DNA from: Rhynchopus sp. YZ270_cl-10
Taxonomy: Eukaryota
Direction of reading: 5' to 3'
DNA length: 64,000 nt
NCBI GenBank assembly: GCA_964035575.1
Contig: OZ037846.1
Span: forward strand, 372,001 to 436,000
The notes beneath the pieces are model-generated. The model saw only the letters and a list, made by a program, of their open reading frames with translations, made no database searches and was not told the DNA's origin. Both the position numbers and the translations under genes were made by a program. Position 1 is the first letter of the stretch, and the number at the start of each line of letters is the position of its first letter. Positions 36,238 through 47,454 of this stretch are shown in pieces.

Positions 36238-37089
36238 TTACAAAGCAAACAGCATATTTGCCTGTGTTGCTGCCCCGTCTTCACTCGACTCTTCTGAGGA
36301 CTCCTCTGCACGCGTCTGTCCTACCTCCACCTGCACAGGCATCCCTCTCACCCCTCCCCTTGCCGCACCAGGAGGCTTTGAGAAGCCCAGGATGGGTGAC
36401 ACAACAAAAAGTGGTGCAACCTCTGGCGCGGCAATATCTTTGCCTTCGGCGACCAGAGTGGGGGATGCGGGAGCGAGGAGGGGCGATGCCGCAGCGCTCT
36501 GTGCCAGCTCTGGTGATTGCGCTCTGCCTCCGAAGTCTGGCGACACTGCACGCAATGGTGCGTCCCCTCCAGGGGGCGGAGGGATGCTTGCAGTGGCCGT
36601 GGCAGTCCCTTCCGCACTCAAGGGGTCAAAGTCGGGGACGACTGCAGAAGGCGCGGAAGGCGTGGTTCGAAGAATCTCATCGCGTTCGAGCTGGCGTCGT
36701 GCGGCCTCGTCAGCTTCTTCTTGGATGGTAGTTTTCGCTGCGGAGAATTGTGCGAAGAGGTCTAGTGCTTCGGTGTTTTCTGGTGGTGGTGGAGTTGGAG
36801 TTGGAGTTGGTTCTGTGGATGTTGGTGGCGGTATTGTTGCTGGTGTTTCAAACTTCACGACCTTCCTTCGTTTCGTTGTCTTTCCCTTCAAAGCGCTGGC
36901 AGGGAGGTGTTCGTCGAGTGGTAAGTGTTCGCCCAGCTCTGCGCGAAAGGCTGCAGTGAAGGCGGCCCAAGCGGAGCGCTGGGAAGTAAGGCGTGCAGTG
37001 CCGCTGCGTGCAGTGGGGTGTGCACGGAGGAGTGCGTCACCAGTGCTGTACTGTTCGCAGCGGGGGATGGCGCTTGCAGTGTGTGTCAT
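36238..37089 (-). CDS. Hypothetical Pro/Ala/Glu-rich protein
   Basis: GC-rich open frame on the same strand as neighbouring genes, with a pyrimidine-rich upstream tract. Likely start MTHTASAIP at 37089. No recognisable domain. Confidence 0.45.
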   Translation of the reverse strand: MTHTASAIPRCEQYSTGDALLRAHPTARSGTARLTSQRSAWAAFTAAFRAELGEHLPLDEHLPASALKGKTTKRRKVVKFETPATIPPPTSTEPTPTPTPPPPENTEALDLFAQFSAAKTTIQEEADEAARRQLERDEILRTTPSAPSAVVPDFDPLSAEGTATATASIPPPPGGDAPLRAVSPDFGGRAQSPELAQSAAASPLLAPASPTLVAEGKDIAAPEVAPLFVVSPILGFSKPPGAARGGVRGMPVQVEVGQTRAEESSEESSEDGAATQANMLFAL

Positions 37090-37841
37090 TGTTGTGGTTG
37101 TGTTATCTCGAACTGTTTGGTGTGTTGGGGCGTCTGAACTGATCAAAATTGAAAAAAATGGAGAGGGGGAACAAAAGGCGGGAAAGGGGGTATAGAGGGA
37201 AGTATCCTTCTCCATATCATCAAATCCTGGTCTCGATGTTAAATTGCATCCGGGGGCCCTTTTGCGCCACTAGCTCCTGCAACTCTATGAAGGTGCTTGG
37301 GACAGCTTAACGTACACAGTGAAAAAGGACGCACGTAGGAAAATGGTTAGGTGTCTCCGTGATGGCAAAAGCCACTCCCAAAAAAAGATCGGGTCTTTTG
37401 TTTGTGCACTCAAAGCCGGGAAAACAAAAAGGTGAAAAAATGTGTTAAACTGAAGTACGGTTGTTGTGGTTAATTGAGTACTCAAAGAAAACAAGCAAGC
37501 TTCTGTTTTTTTTCAATCCGTTTTGTTTGCCCTGCAGCGCTGCCTCCAATCTTTTTAGAATTGACAACAAGTTGTTTTATCAAAAAAAGAGAAACGGCAC
37601 CACTTATGTGACGTCGATCAGGTCCTCGTGGAGCTACCAGAGCATTAAGAAGCGAGGAAGTCCCAAGTAAAAAAAAAACAAATTCATAATAATAAAAGAA
37701 GAAGAAAATCATATTTGGTGTATCGGGTACTTTTCACAGTTACACAAGAAAAGAAAAGGGTGAGCGCAAAATCCTCGTGGACAAAACGGGTTTGCAGTTG
37801 GAAGCAAATGCCAGATGTAAATCTGAGCAAACACAACAGTG

Positions 37842-39587
37842 CTACTTCACGGAACACATCTGAGAACAACACACAACACTGCACGTCCCGGAAGGAACTG
37901 CGTGTGCTGGTGTGCCAACCCCTCCCGCAGCTGTCCATGCCTCAGCAACGTCAAGGTCAGACTGCTCACCAAGTAGGTACCCACGCACGGCAGTGTTGTA
38001 CTCCTCCCAATGCTTCTTCCCACCTATCATGTACATCCACTCGTCAGCTGAAACTGCTGTGTCCTCTTGTTTTGCAATAAGTTCCGCCACAACCTGTGCC
38101 TCACAACCAGAGGCAACCTCCACCTTGCACGGAAGCAGACGCAGCTGGTGTTCGCACTCAGCATCGCTGAAGCACATCCTGTTGCACACCACATCACATC
38201 CCAGCATACGCCCCACACGTTCCAGCCCGTTCACATCACGCACAAGCTCCCCCACCATGCTGAACCGACGCATCACCTCACAACCCATGTCACCACGCAG
38301 CACCTTCCCAGTCGCAACACCAGCATTCACCTTCTCACAAAAGCTGCTCGCACCCTTCAGAAGCAGGCTTGCTGCGTGCAGTGCAGATGTGGCATGTGTC
38401 GCACACTGCTTCGAGGCGTTGAACGAACAGTGGATCCTGTCCCCGATGAACACGTCCACCATCCCACGTCTTGTCTCTGTTGCCTGCAGGGTCTTCAGGA
38501 GGAGAGTGGTGAAGAAGGAGGAGTAGGTCGCACTGTCCTTCTCCAGCAAATGCAGGGTGTCCTTCACGTTCAGTGTCAGCAGGGTTGTCTTGACCGAGGA
38601 CAGACCCAGTGGCAGGCACACTGGCATGGTCTCATTTCTCGAATGTGAGGACTCTGTGGATGTGTCTGTTATCTCTGTCACATCTCCGTCGTGTTCACCC
38701 CCGTCGCTCTCTGAGTCCACCTTCTCCACCTCATCCTGAAAAGGCAGACACGTCTTCGGGAGGTACGCTTTGTACATGCGCAGGTTCTTCTCCAGTCTCC
38801 ACAGGGCAGCAGTCATCCCCTCAGGCAGGTCACCCCCATGCACGTCCAGCATCTCCGCCACCTGCTCCACGTCGTACCCCGCAAGAAGCGACGCAATCTC
38901 CTGCACAACGCTGATCGTGCGTCTCATTGACTCCTGTTCCTTCAGCACGTTGTGTGCAAACCTGCGTGTCACGAAGAAGTCGATCAGGAAGACAAAAAGT
39001 GTGGAAGCGAAGCCAAGTGGGGGAAATGACGTCTTGCAGGGAAGGAACTCGCAGTCTATCTTTTCCAGAATCAACGCTCTCCTGCTGTGTTCACCTTCGT
39101 GCGGTGGCAACCCAGGAAGGTCAAACAAACCAAACCTGAAGGATTCCTCACACCCTATGAGAAACAACCACACCACTGTTGCACCCACGAACCATGCACT
39201 GTACCGTGATGGGACTTCCATCACAAGCAACATGTCCACAACCAGGATCAGCATTGGCCAGCTCATTAAACCATAAGTGCGTGCGACTAAATCCCACATA
39301 AAAATTGCAATGCCAGCGATGTACATGATGCCCACCACAAACGTGGTGTGCAGTTTCTGCTTGCAGAGCAGCTTAACAATGGCAACAAACCCCGTTGTAA
39401 GGACTATGCAAGACGCGAATACGTTAACAATCCGGTGTTGCACGTTGGTACTCCCCTTGTGAGAAACAAAAACAACCAGAATCGCAAATACTGAAACCAC
39501 ACAGAACACAAACATGATGGTGCGCTTCTTCACCTCGTCAGCACTGAGAGACCCGTCAATGGTCAGTGCGCTGTTCAGGCACCGCAT
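37842..39587 (-). CDS. Multi-pass membrane cyclase-like protein, paralog 3
   Basis: Same architecture as paralogs 1 and 2, with shared 5' flank (cacatagcaaaggtttgtgAGgatc...ATG). ATG at 39587. Confidence 0.8.
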   Translation of the reverse strand: MRCLNSALTIDGSLSADEVKKRTIMFVFCVVSVFAILVVFVSHKGSTNVQHRIVNVFASCIVLTTGFVAIVKLLCKQKLHTTFVVGIMYIAGIAIFMWDLVARTYGLMSWPMLILVVDMLLVMEVPSRYSAWFVGATVVWLFLIGCEESFRFGLFDLPGLPPHEGEHSRRALILEKIDCEFLPCKTSFPPLGFASTLFVFLIDFFVTRRFAHNVLKEQESMRRTISVVQEIASLLAGYDVEQVAEMLDVHGGDLPEGMTAALWRLEKNLRMYKAYLPKTCLPFQDEVEKVDSESDGGEHDGDVTEITDTSTESSHSRNETMPVCLPLGLSSVKTTLLTLNVKDTLHLLEKDSATYSSFFTTLLLKTLQATETRRGMVDVFIGDRIHCSFNASKQCATHATSALHAASLLLKGASSFCEKVNAGVATGKVLRGDMGCEVMRRFSMVGELVRDVNGLERVGRMLGCDVVCNRMCFSDAECEHQLRLLPCKVEVASGCEAQVVAELIAKQEDTAVSADEWMYMIGGKKHWEEYNTAVRGYLLGEQSDLDVAEAWTAAGGVGTPAHAVPSGTCSVVCCSQMCSVK

Positions 39588-40959
39588 CGTTGGGCTTTTG
39601 ATCCTCACAAACCTTTGCTATGTGTGGAGCAGGGGTGTGTGGATGTGTCTTGTGTGCACTGGTGGGTGGTGTGGTTAATGTTAGGTTAATAACGGTGCTG
39701 CAACCCAAACAGACGTGCCTTCTACCAGAGACCTATAGTGATATATGCATTGGCTACTGATCACGACATGGACGTGAGGGACCTGCTGCTTAATTGGCAC
39801 CGTCGCATCTTCACCGAGGTGAGAAGTGGCGACACCCGCTTGAACATTGTCAACGCTGCAGCGGGCGAGGTTTCGCAAGGAGTGGCATTGCAACAACAAT
39901 GTGTGAACCGTTTTCACGTACCCCATATGTTGGCTATCTGGAGCCGCATGGTTGTGGTGTAAGGGTTACCTGCGATGCAGAAGACGGTGCGAGGCAAAAT
40001 GTCCAGGATGTTGGAAGGGAGTGAAGTTGGTGGGGTCGCGTACTTATTACGGCCCGCGGGAAAATAAAATAAAATGGACACGTTCCCTAAGGCCATCGCA
40101 GATCGTGTGAACGAGGAGGAGAACAAACCCAACATGCGGCGCGTGTACACGGCACAGGAGGTTAGGCAGGTGTACGATTATGGTCGTCAGGATGGGGCAG
40201 CGATCGCAGCCAGAAAGTAAGCGCAGGGGCAATCTCTGCCCAATGTAAAAAGGCCGAGGGCCAACACACAACACCGAGACAAATACCAGAAACCCTTCCC
40301 ACTCACCTTAGATAATATTTTTTTGGGAAAAGTCACTTAGTGCCCAAGTTTGTTGTACCCATTTAGGATAATACCCAGTGGGTATTATCCTAAATTATTT
40401 GGGTATTATCCTAAATTATTTTGGGTATTATCCTAAATTATTTTTGGGTACTGGGTACTGGGTACTGGGTACTGGGTACTGGGTACTGGGTACTGGGTAC
40501 TGGGTACTGGGTACTGGGTACTGGGTACTGGGTACTGGGTACTGGGTACTGGGTACTGGGTACTGGGTACTGGGTACTGGGTACCCAGAACGAAGGCACC
40601 TTGACAGCAGCGAAGGCAAGACAAGGTATGTACCGGGTAAATACGTAACTTTCTGGTGAATATTCAACAAAATAATTGCGCTTTCTTCGCCCCAAGGTGT
40701 GGCAGAGCCTACTGACTCTGGGCTGACGACAAAAGGGGACATGCCCCCCCCCCCCCGTTTTTTTGTAGTGGAACATTTCACAACGACGTTTCACAACCAC
40801 ACAACCATCACAGGATTGTGAGATCTGAACTGCATGCACAATTGCGATGAGAACCTTAGCCGGTCACAAGAAACTGAAATGGTATGACATTCACCCTCTA
40901 CCTCCCCCCCCACAGTTACTTTTAGTTGAGCCTTTTAATTAGTATTTTTTTAAAAAATA

Positions 40960-43959
40960 ATGGATGACATTGTCAAGTTGGCGGAATCGCTGGAGCGGTT
41001 TTCCCGTATGGTGGAGCAAGGATTGCTGTCTGTTTCGGAGTTTGAAGCGCTGAAAGTGCAGTGTTACGAGAGGACGTGGGGCCTGCAAATGGGAATCGGT
41101 GCTCAGACGCCACAGCTTGCCCCTGTTAGTGCTCAAACGTCACAGATTGCCCCCAAACTGAGGTCGCAGGCACGTACCAGGACCCCAGTTACTGATGACA
41201 CACCGCCGCCTACCGCCAACCCACCTGCTACGATGTCGCCTGCGCCGCCTGCTCCGCCTGCCAGAAAGCCGCGTACCCCGTCTACCCCGAACCCAGCCTC
41301 CGCGAACGTGTCTCTCCCGTCCACGAACCCAGCCTCCGCGAACGTGTCTCTCCCGTCTTCGACGAACTCAGCTTCCACGAACCTGCCTGCCAGAAGCCCT
41401 CCTGTCAGGTCTTCTGCGAACCTGCGCTCTACTTCTTCCACAACATCATCTGCCATGAACCCGCCTGCATCTGCCATGAACCCGCCTGCATCTGCCATGA
41501 ACCCGCCTGCATCTGCCATGAACCCGCCTGCCAACAACGTGCCTCCTCAGCCTGCGGCCCACTCGCCCACCACAGCGGCAGTCTCCAGCGCCTCTACTCA
41601 CCTCAATGGGGCAACATTCGGGGAAATGACGAATCTGCGGAACTTCGTCATTGCGGCAATAATGAGGGATAAGAAGAAGATGCGTGCGTGCAGGAGTGAC
41701 AAAACCAGGTGGGAAGTTGTTTGCTCTGGCGTTGTCGGGACAGGGGAAGAACAGCAGAAGTGTGCATGGTTCGTGAAGGTGAAGAAGCAAAAGGCAGCTG
41801 ATGGTGGCTTGTTCGAAGTGTCTTGCCCGTATGATCACACGTGCCTAGGTCCTGTTACGGACAAGTCGGAGCGCTTCACCGGAAGGAACGTCCGCACCAC
41901 CCACAAGGACGCTCTCGCAAGCGCGAGCCACACTCCGGCTCAGGTGCAGGCCAACGCTGCAGGGAACCCGAGGTACGGCGTGGCGCGCCGGGCCATAATG
42001 GCCAGCGTGAAGGAGAGGTGGGGTTCCGGGGAGGATAGTTGGAGGCAGGTTCCCAACTACCTGCTCAAGTTGGAGGAGGCTGACGCTGCGACGAAGACCT
42101 ACCACGGCACTGGTTTGGTCGTCGAGGGGCCTTTTATTTGCTTTGGTGCGGCACAGAAGGCATTACCGCATCTCGCGCCGGTTTATGCGGCAGATGCAAC
42201 GCACTGCGACGGCGAGGGGGCAACAGGCGTTCTCTTTTTTTTTGTTGGGGTCGATCCTCTAAGTAGGATTTACCCTCTCAGTATGATGTGGGCCCCAGCA
42301 GAGAATGGCGACTGTTGGAAGCAGTTCTTGACGCAAACTGCAAAGGCACTGGGATTATCTGCGGGCGGCACCCTCTACACCGACCACTTTAAGGGTATAG
42401 AAAGTACCGTTGCTTCGGTTCTCCCCCTTTTCGTGCATTTGCTGTGCGGTACTCACCTCAAGAGAACCGTCGCCAAATTCGGGAAGGACACCGTGGAGAA
42501 GTTTTCGTTGCTGGAGCGTTGTACGACCCACAGGGCGTTCAATGAGATACTGGCGGCGATCGGGAAGAAGAGCTCCGCGGCCAAGGAGTACCTGCACCGT
42601 TACGCGCCGATGTTTGCGGACGTGAAGGTGCCGACGACGACAGTACGTGCATACCATTATGGTACCAACGTTGCAGAAAGCTGCAACAACTGGATGGGGG
42701 CACGCCGTCACTTGCCGATTCTTGGGGTATTGGATTCGTTTCGGGTAAAGTGCATGGAGATGTTTGCAACGAGGCGTAAGGAATCGGAGAACCTGGTTGA
42801 TGTCGAGTTGACTCCATTTTTTCGGTCCAAAATTGAGTTATTATGCAATGATGCACAAACTTTTCGTGTCACCCCCTCTAGTGATACGGAGTACGAGGTG
42901 AAGAAGCGCGCCGAGAACGTGAACGCCGCACGCTACAAAGTGGTGATCCCGCTGACGGAGAGCGACAGAGGGCAGGCATCCTGCAGTTGTCCGCACTTGC
43001 AGGTGCACAAGATGTGCGTCCACTTTGTTGCCGCACTCGTGTTCTCCGGGAAGCAGGTGGATCTCTTCGTTCCTTCGTTCATGCGGAACTCGGCCCTCAA
43101 GGCAGTCTACTCCCACGGCATCCCCCCCATCGACATCGAAGAACTCGACGCTGACCACTCCAAGAACGCGCCCATACTTCATGTGAAAAGACCTGGACGC
43201 CCTAGGGTGAAGCGGATGAGGGTCAACAACGAGCACGTACACAGCAGCGCCTCCTCCGCCAAAAGAGTGAAGCTGGCCACCAGCAACCCCCCATCATGCC
43301 CCATGCCTTCAGACGCAGTTGCCAGGCCAGCCCTGGATTCGGACCCTGATATCAGGGTCCCAATCACCAGGCACGTTCGGGGTGGGGAGCACCGTGCCGA
43401 GTACGAGTGCGGGTGGGCGTGCATGAACTGGGTTCTGCACCACGTTGGGGAGGAGAGAATTCTATATTCTCTTGCCCACAACGTACAGTCCCACCTGTCC
43501 GGCAGTCTCGCGAGTTTGGGGGACCAGTCCGAGGAGGAGCTGCTGGGGGGGAATTTCTCCGTGAGCACCATCATGCTCATCCTCCTCAGCCGCGGTGTGC
43601 TGGTGAGCCATGCGGACGTGCCGTCGAACCCCAGGGCTCTTGTGGGGTACCTCATGGGGCCGCAGCAAGGAGGGCATCCTCACTGGGTGACTGGGCTTGA
43701 GGATGAAGCGGGGTCCGGGTACCGGATTATGGACACGGACGAACCGGAGCAGGTCATGACATTCCGGCAACTGCAGAGTGAATTTGCTGCATGGGAGATT
43801 TTTTCAGTTCAGGTGATGGAGCAGATGACGGTCGCGCAGCTGAAGGAAGAAGCATCCGGTCGAATGCCGGACACGCGTTTGCCAACCCTGAAAGCTGATC
43901 TTGTCAGGGCTCTGGCACAGAGCGCCGTTAACGTGTGCCCCATTCTTAGAAGGCCTTAG
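40960..43959 (+). CDS. MULE (Mutator-like) DDE transposase with SWIM finger, plus SHOCT-like N-terminus, Josephin-like protease and SAP domain, 999 aa
   Basis: DDE triad in AADATH, YTDHFKG and NVAESCN, with CxxH (CGTH). SWIM motif CSC......MCVH. N-terminal LERFSRMVEQGLLSVSEFEALK. C817 (CGWACMN), GNFSV, H908 (HW) and D925. C-terminal MTVAQLKEE...LKADLVRAL. Confidence 0.88.
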   Translation: MDDIVKLAESLERFSRMVEQGLLSVSEFEALKVQCYERTWGLQMGIGAQTPQLAPVSAQTSQIAPKLRSQARTRTPVTDDTPPPTANPPATMSPAPPAPPARKPRTPSTPNPASANVSLPSTNPASANVSLPSSTNSASTNLPARSPPVRSSANLRSTSSTTSSAMNPPASAMNPPASAMNPPASAMNPPANNVPPQPAAHSPTTAAVSSASTHLNGATFGEMTNLRNFVIAAIMRDKKKMRACRSDKTRWEVVCSGVVGTGEEQQKCAWFVKVKKQKAADGGLFEVSCPYDHTCLGPVTDKSERFTGRNVRTTHKDALASASHTPAQVQANAAGNPRYGVARRAIMASVKERWGSGEDSWRQVPNYLLKLEEADAATKTYHGTGLVVEGPFICFGAAQKALPHLAPVYAADATHCDGEGATGVLFFFVGVDPLSRIYPLSMMWAPAENGDCWKQFLTQTAKALGLSAGGTLYTDHFKGIESTVASVLPLFVHLLCGTHLKRTVAKFGKDTVEKFSLLERCTTHRAFNEILAAIGKKSSAAKEYLHRYAPMFADVKVPTTTVRAYHYGTNVAESCNNWMGARRHLPILGVLDSFRVKCMEMFATRRKESENLVDVELTPFFRSKIELLCNDAQTFRVTPSSDTEYEVKKRAENVNAARYKVVIPLTESDRGQASCSCPHLQVHKMCVHFVAALVFSGKQVDLFVPSFMRNSALKAVYSHGIPPIDIEELDADHSKNAPILHVKRPGRPRVKRMRVNNEHVHSSASSAKRVKLATSNPPSCPMPSDAVARPALDSDPDIRVPITRHVRGGEHRAEYECGWACMNWVLHHVGEERILYSLAHNVQSHLSGSLASLGDQSEEELLGGNFSVSTIMLILLSRGVLVSHADVPSNPRALVGYLMGPQQGGHPHWVTGLEDEAGSGYRIMDTDEPEQVMTFRQLQSEFAAWEIFSVQVMEQMTVAQLKEEASGRMPDTRLPTLKADLVRALAQSAVNVCPILRRP

Positions 43960-44491
43960 AAGGCCACAAAATTTTTATCAGAAAAGAATCATCATCAAAA
44001 TAGTTCAACTTAATTTTTGCTACCTCCTCCCTTCCCATTCTCGACACTTTCCCCTCCAACAGAACATTATTTTACACCCTCAGGCCAACTTATTTTTTTA
44101 AGAAGTCAGCTTCTTTAATTTCCCCACCGCTCACAACTTCACTTTTAAACAGGTATCGCGAACAACATCGAGAAGCAACTGTGAGAAGGTCACTGGCACC
44201 CACTGTCGACCCACCATAGGGAGACAGTATTGAAGTAGCATGGTATGATTTCCACCCCTCTACACCGCACACTTTAACAGTTTTTTTTTGTAGTGGACGT
44301 TCCTCTTTACATATCGTCCCTCTTTTCTGTTTCACTGAAAATTGAAACTGGCAAAATAAATTTTTCACTGCTGAGTAAAAGTAGCTCAAAGAAACTCGTG
44401 TCTCACTTTATCCTCCTCGCCACTCTCGCGCTGCCGTAGCAATGTGCCGCACAGCTTACAGACATGCTGGCCCAGAACTCGAGTCTCAATT

Positions 44492-44805
44492 CCCACAAGG
44501 ACGCTCTCGCGCGCTCAAGCGCGAGCCACACTCCGGCTCAGGTGCAGGCCAACGCTGCAGGGAACCCGAGATGCTGGCTTGTTGAAGGACACCGTGGGGA
44601 AGTTTTCGTTGCTGGAAACACCTCTACACCGCCCACTTTACGGTACTCACCTCAAGAGAACCGTCGCGAAATTCGTGAAGGACACCGTGGAGAAGTTTTC
44701 GTTGCTGGAGCGTTGTACCCCCACAGTGTTTCGTGCATTTGCTGTGCGAAAGTATATTATGTATTGCATAATATTATGCTGCTCGGCCCTGAAAGCTGTC
44801 GACTC
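44492..44805 (+). pseudogene. Scrambled mosaic of short fragments of the adjacent MULE ORF
   Basis: Segments match approximately 41900-41972, 41801-41818, 42483-42515, 42369-42391, 42447-42533, 42428-42448 and 43089-43112, in that non-colinear order. Confidence 0.8.
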
Positions 44806-47454
44806 GTATTTCCTCCAAAAAGTCTCCAGAACAATATTTTAAACCCTCAAGCCAACTTATTTTTTTAAGAAGTCACCTTCTTTAATTTCCCCACCACTCA
44901 CAACTTCACTTTTAAACAGGTATCGCGAGTGCAGCATCGAGAACCAACTGTGCAGAACGAGCGCATATGCGGTGGAAAGGGTGGTGGGAACACTCTGTCA
45001 GTCACTGCTATAGCCATTTAACCCAGGGAGCATAGCTAGTGCAAGAAATTCGACTTTGGAAACCTTCCGGAAAGTCTGTCCTCTGCTTACGGAGGACGAG
45101 GCACAAGAAAATATTGCGTTCCCCCAGAAAACCAGTGCACAATTCACACTCCTTGTGGGTGGTCTTGTTGCCTTTTTGTCACAGTAATTTTGGCCCAGGC
45201 ATGCTCTTGAAGCATGACAATTTAGTGTGTATGGGGCAGGGTGTTGTTTTGTTCTGAATTCTCTTTGTTATAACATCTAAGTCAATCGCGGGTGGTGGTT
45301 TGTGTAGCGTGAGGCACTCTTTTTAATAAACTTCCTGCAGTTGCTATGCACTGTTATTTCTTCGGATTTATCATCATACAGCGTAACATAGTGGATTCGC
45401 CTGGTCGACACAACCTTTGATAGATACGGGATAACCAACCCCCTTCGACCCCTTGTGGGTTCACTGAACAAGCCCTAGTGGTAGTTAAACGCGATTGACA
45501 TTTACATTCCTAGAGATGAAAGAACAAGATAACACTTCTGTACCCGCGCATCAAAATTGTGGAAAACTTTGCACCCCAAACACCCTCAACAACGCCCGCC
45601 AAAAGGCGCCCCTTGTTGCTGGGAGTTGGTTCTCATGATACCTGCACAGCGGGCATTCCTCTGAGTCCAACGCATGTTTGGCCTGTCTGCGGCGTTGTAC
45701 TTAAGGTGCACGAAGACTGGGTCTGGTGGTAAATTTTGCGTAGTACTGCGACGTGGTACTGCGTGGGTCTGGGAATTTGGGTACCTGGGTACGGGAAATT
45801 TGTTGTGGAAGACATCAACCACCATGCATTGAGGAGGGTAAGACAGTGTTCGCAGTTTCTACCTGATAGCATTACAACATTTAACTTCTCCACGGGGGTC
45901 TTGGGCCGTTCACTCGGTTCTACCTTGACTACCGGAAGATATTCTTGAGGCCTTTTTGGTCTCTAGAATATCCGGTCTTCCCGAACGGAGGCACACTTTG
46001 TGTGTTACTACGACCTGGCAATTTCCAGCAGTAGGTTAAGTAATCTTTCTTGTAAATTGTTGGATCATTATCTCCTCAGTGCATGAATGCCCCACGTGAC
46101 TGGACACTTTTGTGTTTGTCATGTGGAGCTGTGGTTGCTCTTTCACGACTTTTTTCCTGTTCCTGGGTACCTGTTCTTGGACCTGGACCTGGGTACCTGG
46201 GTACCTGGGTACCTGGGTACCTGGGTACCTGGGTACCTGGGTACCTGGGTACCTGGGTACCTGGGTACCTGGGTACCTGGGTACCTGGGTACCTGGGTAC
46301 CTGGGTACCTGGGTACCTGGGTACCTGGGTACCTGGGTACCTGGGTACCTGGGTACCTGGGTACCTGGGTACCTGGGTACCTGGGTACCTGGGTACCTGG
46401 GTACCCAGTACCCAGTACCCAAAAATAATTTAGGATAATACCCAAAATAATTTAGGATAATACCCAAATAATTTAGGATAATACCCAAATAATTTAGGAT
46501 AATACCCACTGGGTATTATCCTAAATGGGTACTAGAAACTTGGGTACTAGCCTAATTACCCCTATTTTTTTCTTCAAAAATTATTACGCGTCCACTCGAC
46601 GTTTGGATAAAGAAAACTAGAGATGAAAGGGGGTGTGTGTGTGTGTGATGGGGAGCACGGGAAGGGGAAAACGACTCGTGGATACTGAAAAATTTCGCTA
46701 GAAATGCAGATATGCCTTGCAAAATATTAATTACGTCGCACACTACTTACGTCGCGTACAAATTAAGTCGGCATTTGCCCTAACCGACTAAATTAGTACG
46801 CGACGGAATGTTCAACTCACCTCACAAAACTCACAGCTTAGTGCAGGGCCCATTCAATAAGGATACCCGACTTGAACTTCGTGTGAGACCATCAGAAAGG
46901 TGCAGACCCTCTACTCTACCGCCAACGTGGGTTATTGACGCAACATGAGACAAACGTCTACACACTGTGTGGAAGCTGGCGAATGCGCTGGCAAGCCAAA
47001 TGGTCGACACTCCTTCGTTCGTGCCAAGAGGACCACAACTCATTGAATATCCCTCGTCTGACATGACATCCATAACAGGAGCAAGAGCAATAAAAAAACA
47101 AGCAATCAGCGTAGCAGTGATCAACAAACTGAATCGAGACGTCGATTTGTGCACGATCTTGACTAAAGGGGGGGCCCAAATAAGTTTACCCCCAAATAAT
47201 AGCTATTTTCCCAAATAACTTTTTTTTTTCTCAGATTTTGGGTGCCGAAAAAGTTACCGAATAACTTCGCCCCCTCTCACCTCCTTTTTTATTTTTCAAA
47301 AATTTCCCCCAAACTGATAGTGTACTATATAAAATGGCGCCGCAGGCGAAAAAATTTTATGGTACGGTGTAAAAAGCTAGTTTTTTACACCACAGATATA
47401 ATCATCTAGGCGGCAGCCACGCTGGAGAAGGAAGTCTGGGGCGAAACAGATTTA

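Larger units (their letters stand above)
40338..46549 (+). mobile_element. ~6.2-kb TIR DNA transposon containing a MULE transposase ORF, with GGGTAC-based subterminal arrays
   Basis: Inverted ends TAGTGCCCAAGTTT...ACCCATTTAGGATAATACCCAGTGGG versus the 46500-46549 reverse complement. (GGGTATTATCCTAAATTATTT)n at both ends. (GGGTACT)n inside the left end and (GGGTACCT)n inside the right end. No TSD match found. Confidence 0.7.

Noticed and set aside
25155..39276. Plus-strand ORFs overlapping the cyclase, RT and hypothetical genes
   Set aside because: They are antisense shadows of the minus-strand coding regions and have no recognisable domains.
39700..40250. Coding-like GC-rich segment upstream of cyclase paralog 3
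   Set aside because: It contains only short interrupted frames with no motif I could assign.
45500..47170. Short ORFs in the right arm of the GGGTAC element and at 46830-47170
   Set aside because: They contain multiple stops or frameshifts and are likely degraded cargo, but no family could be supported.
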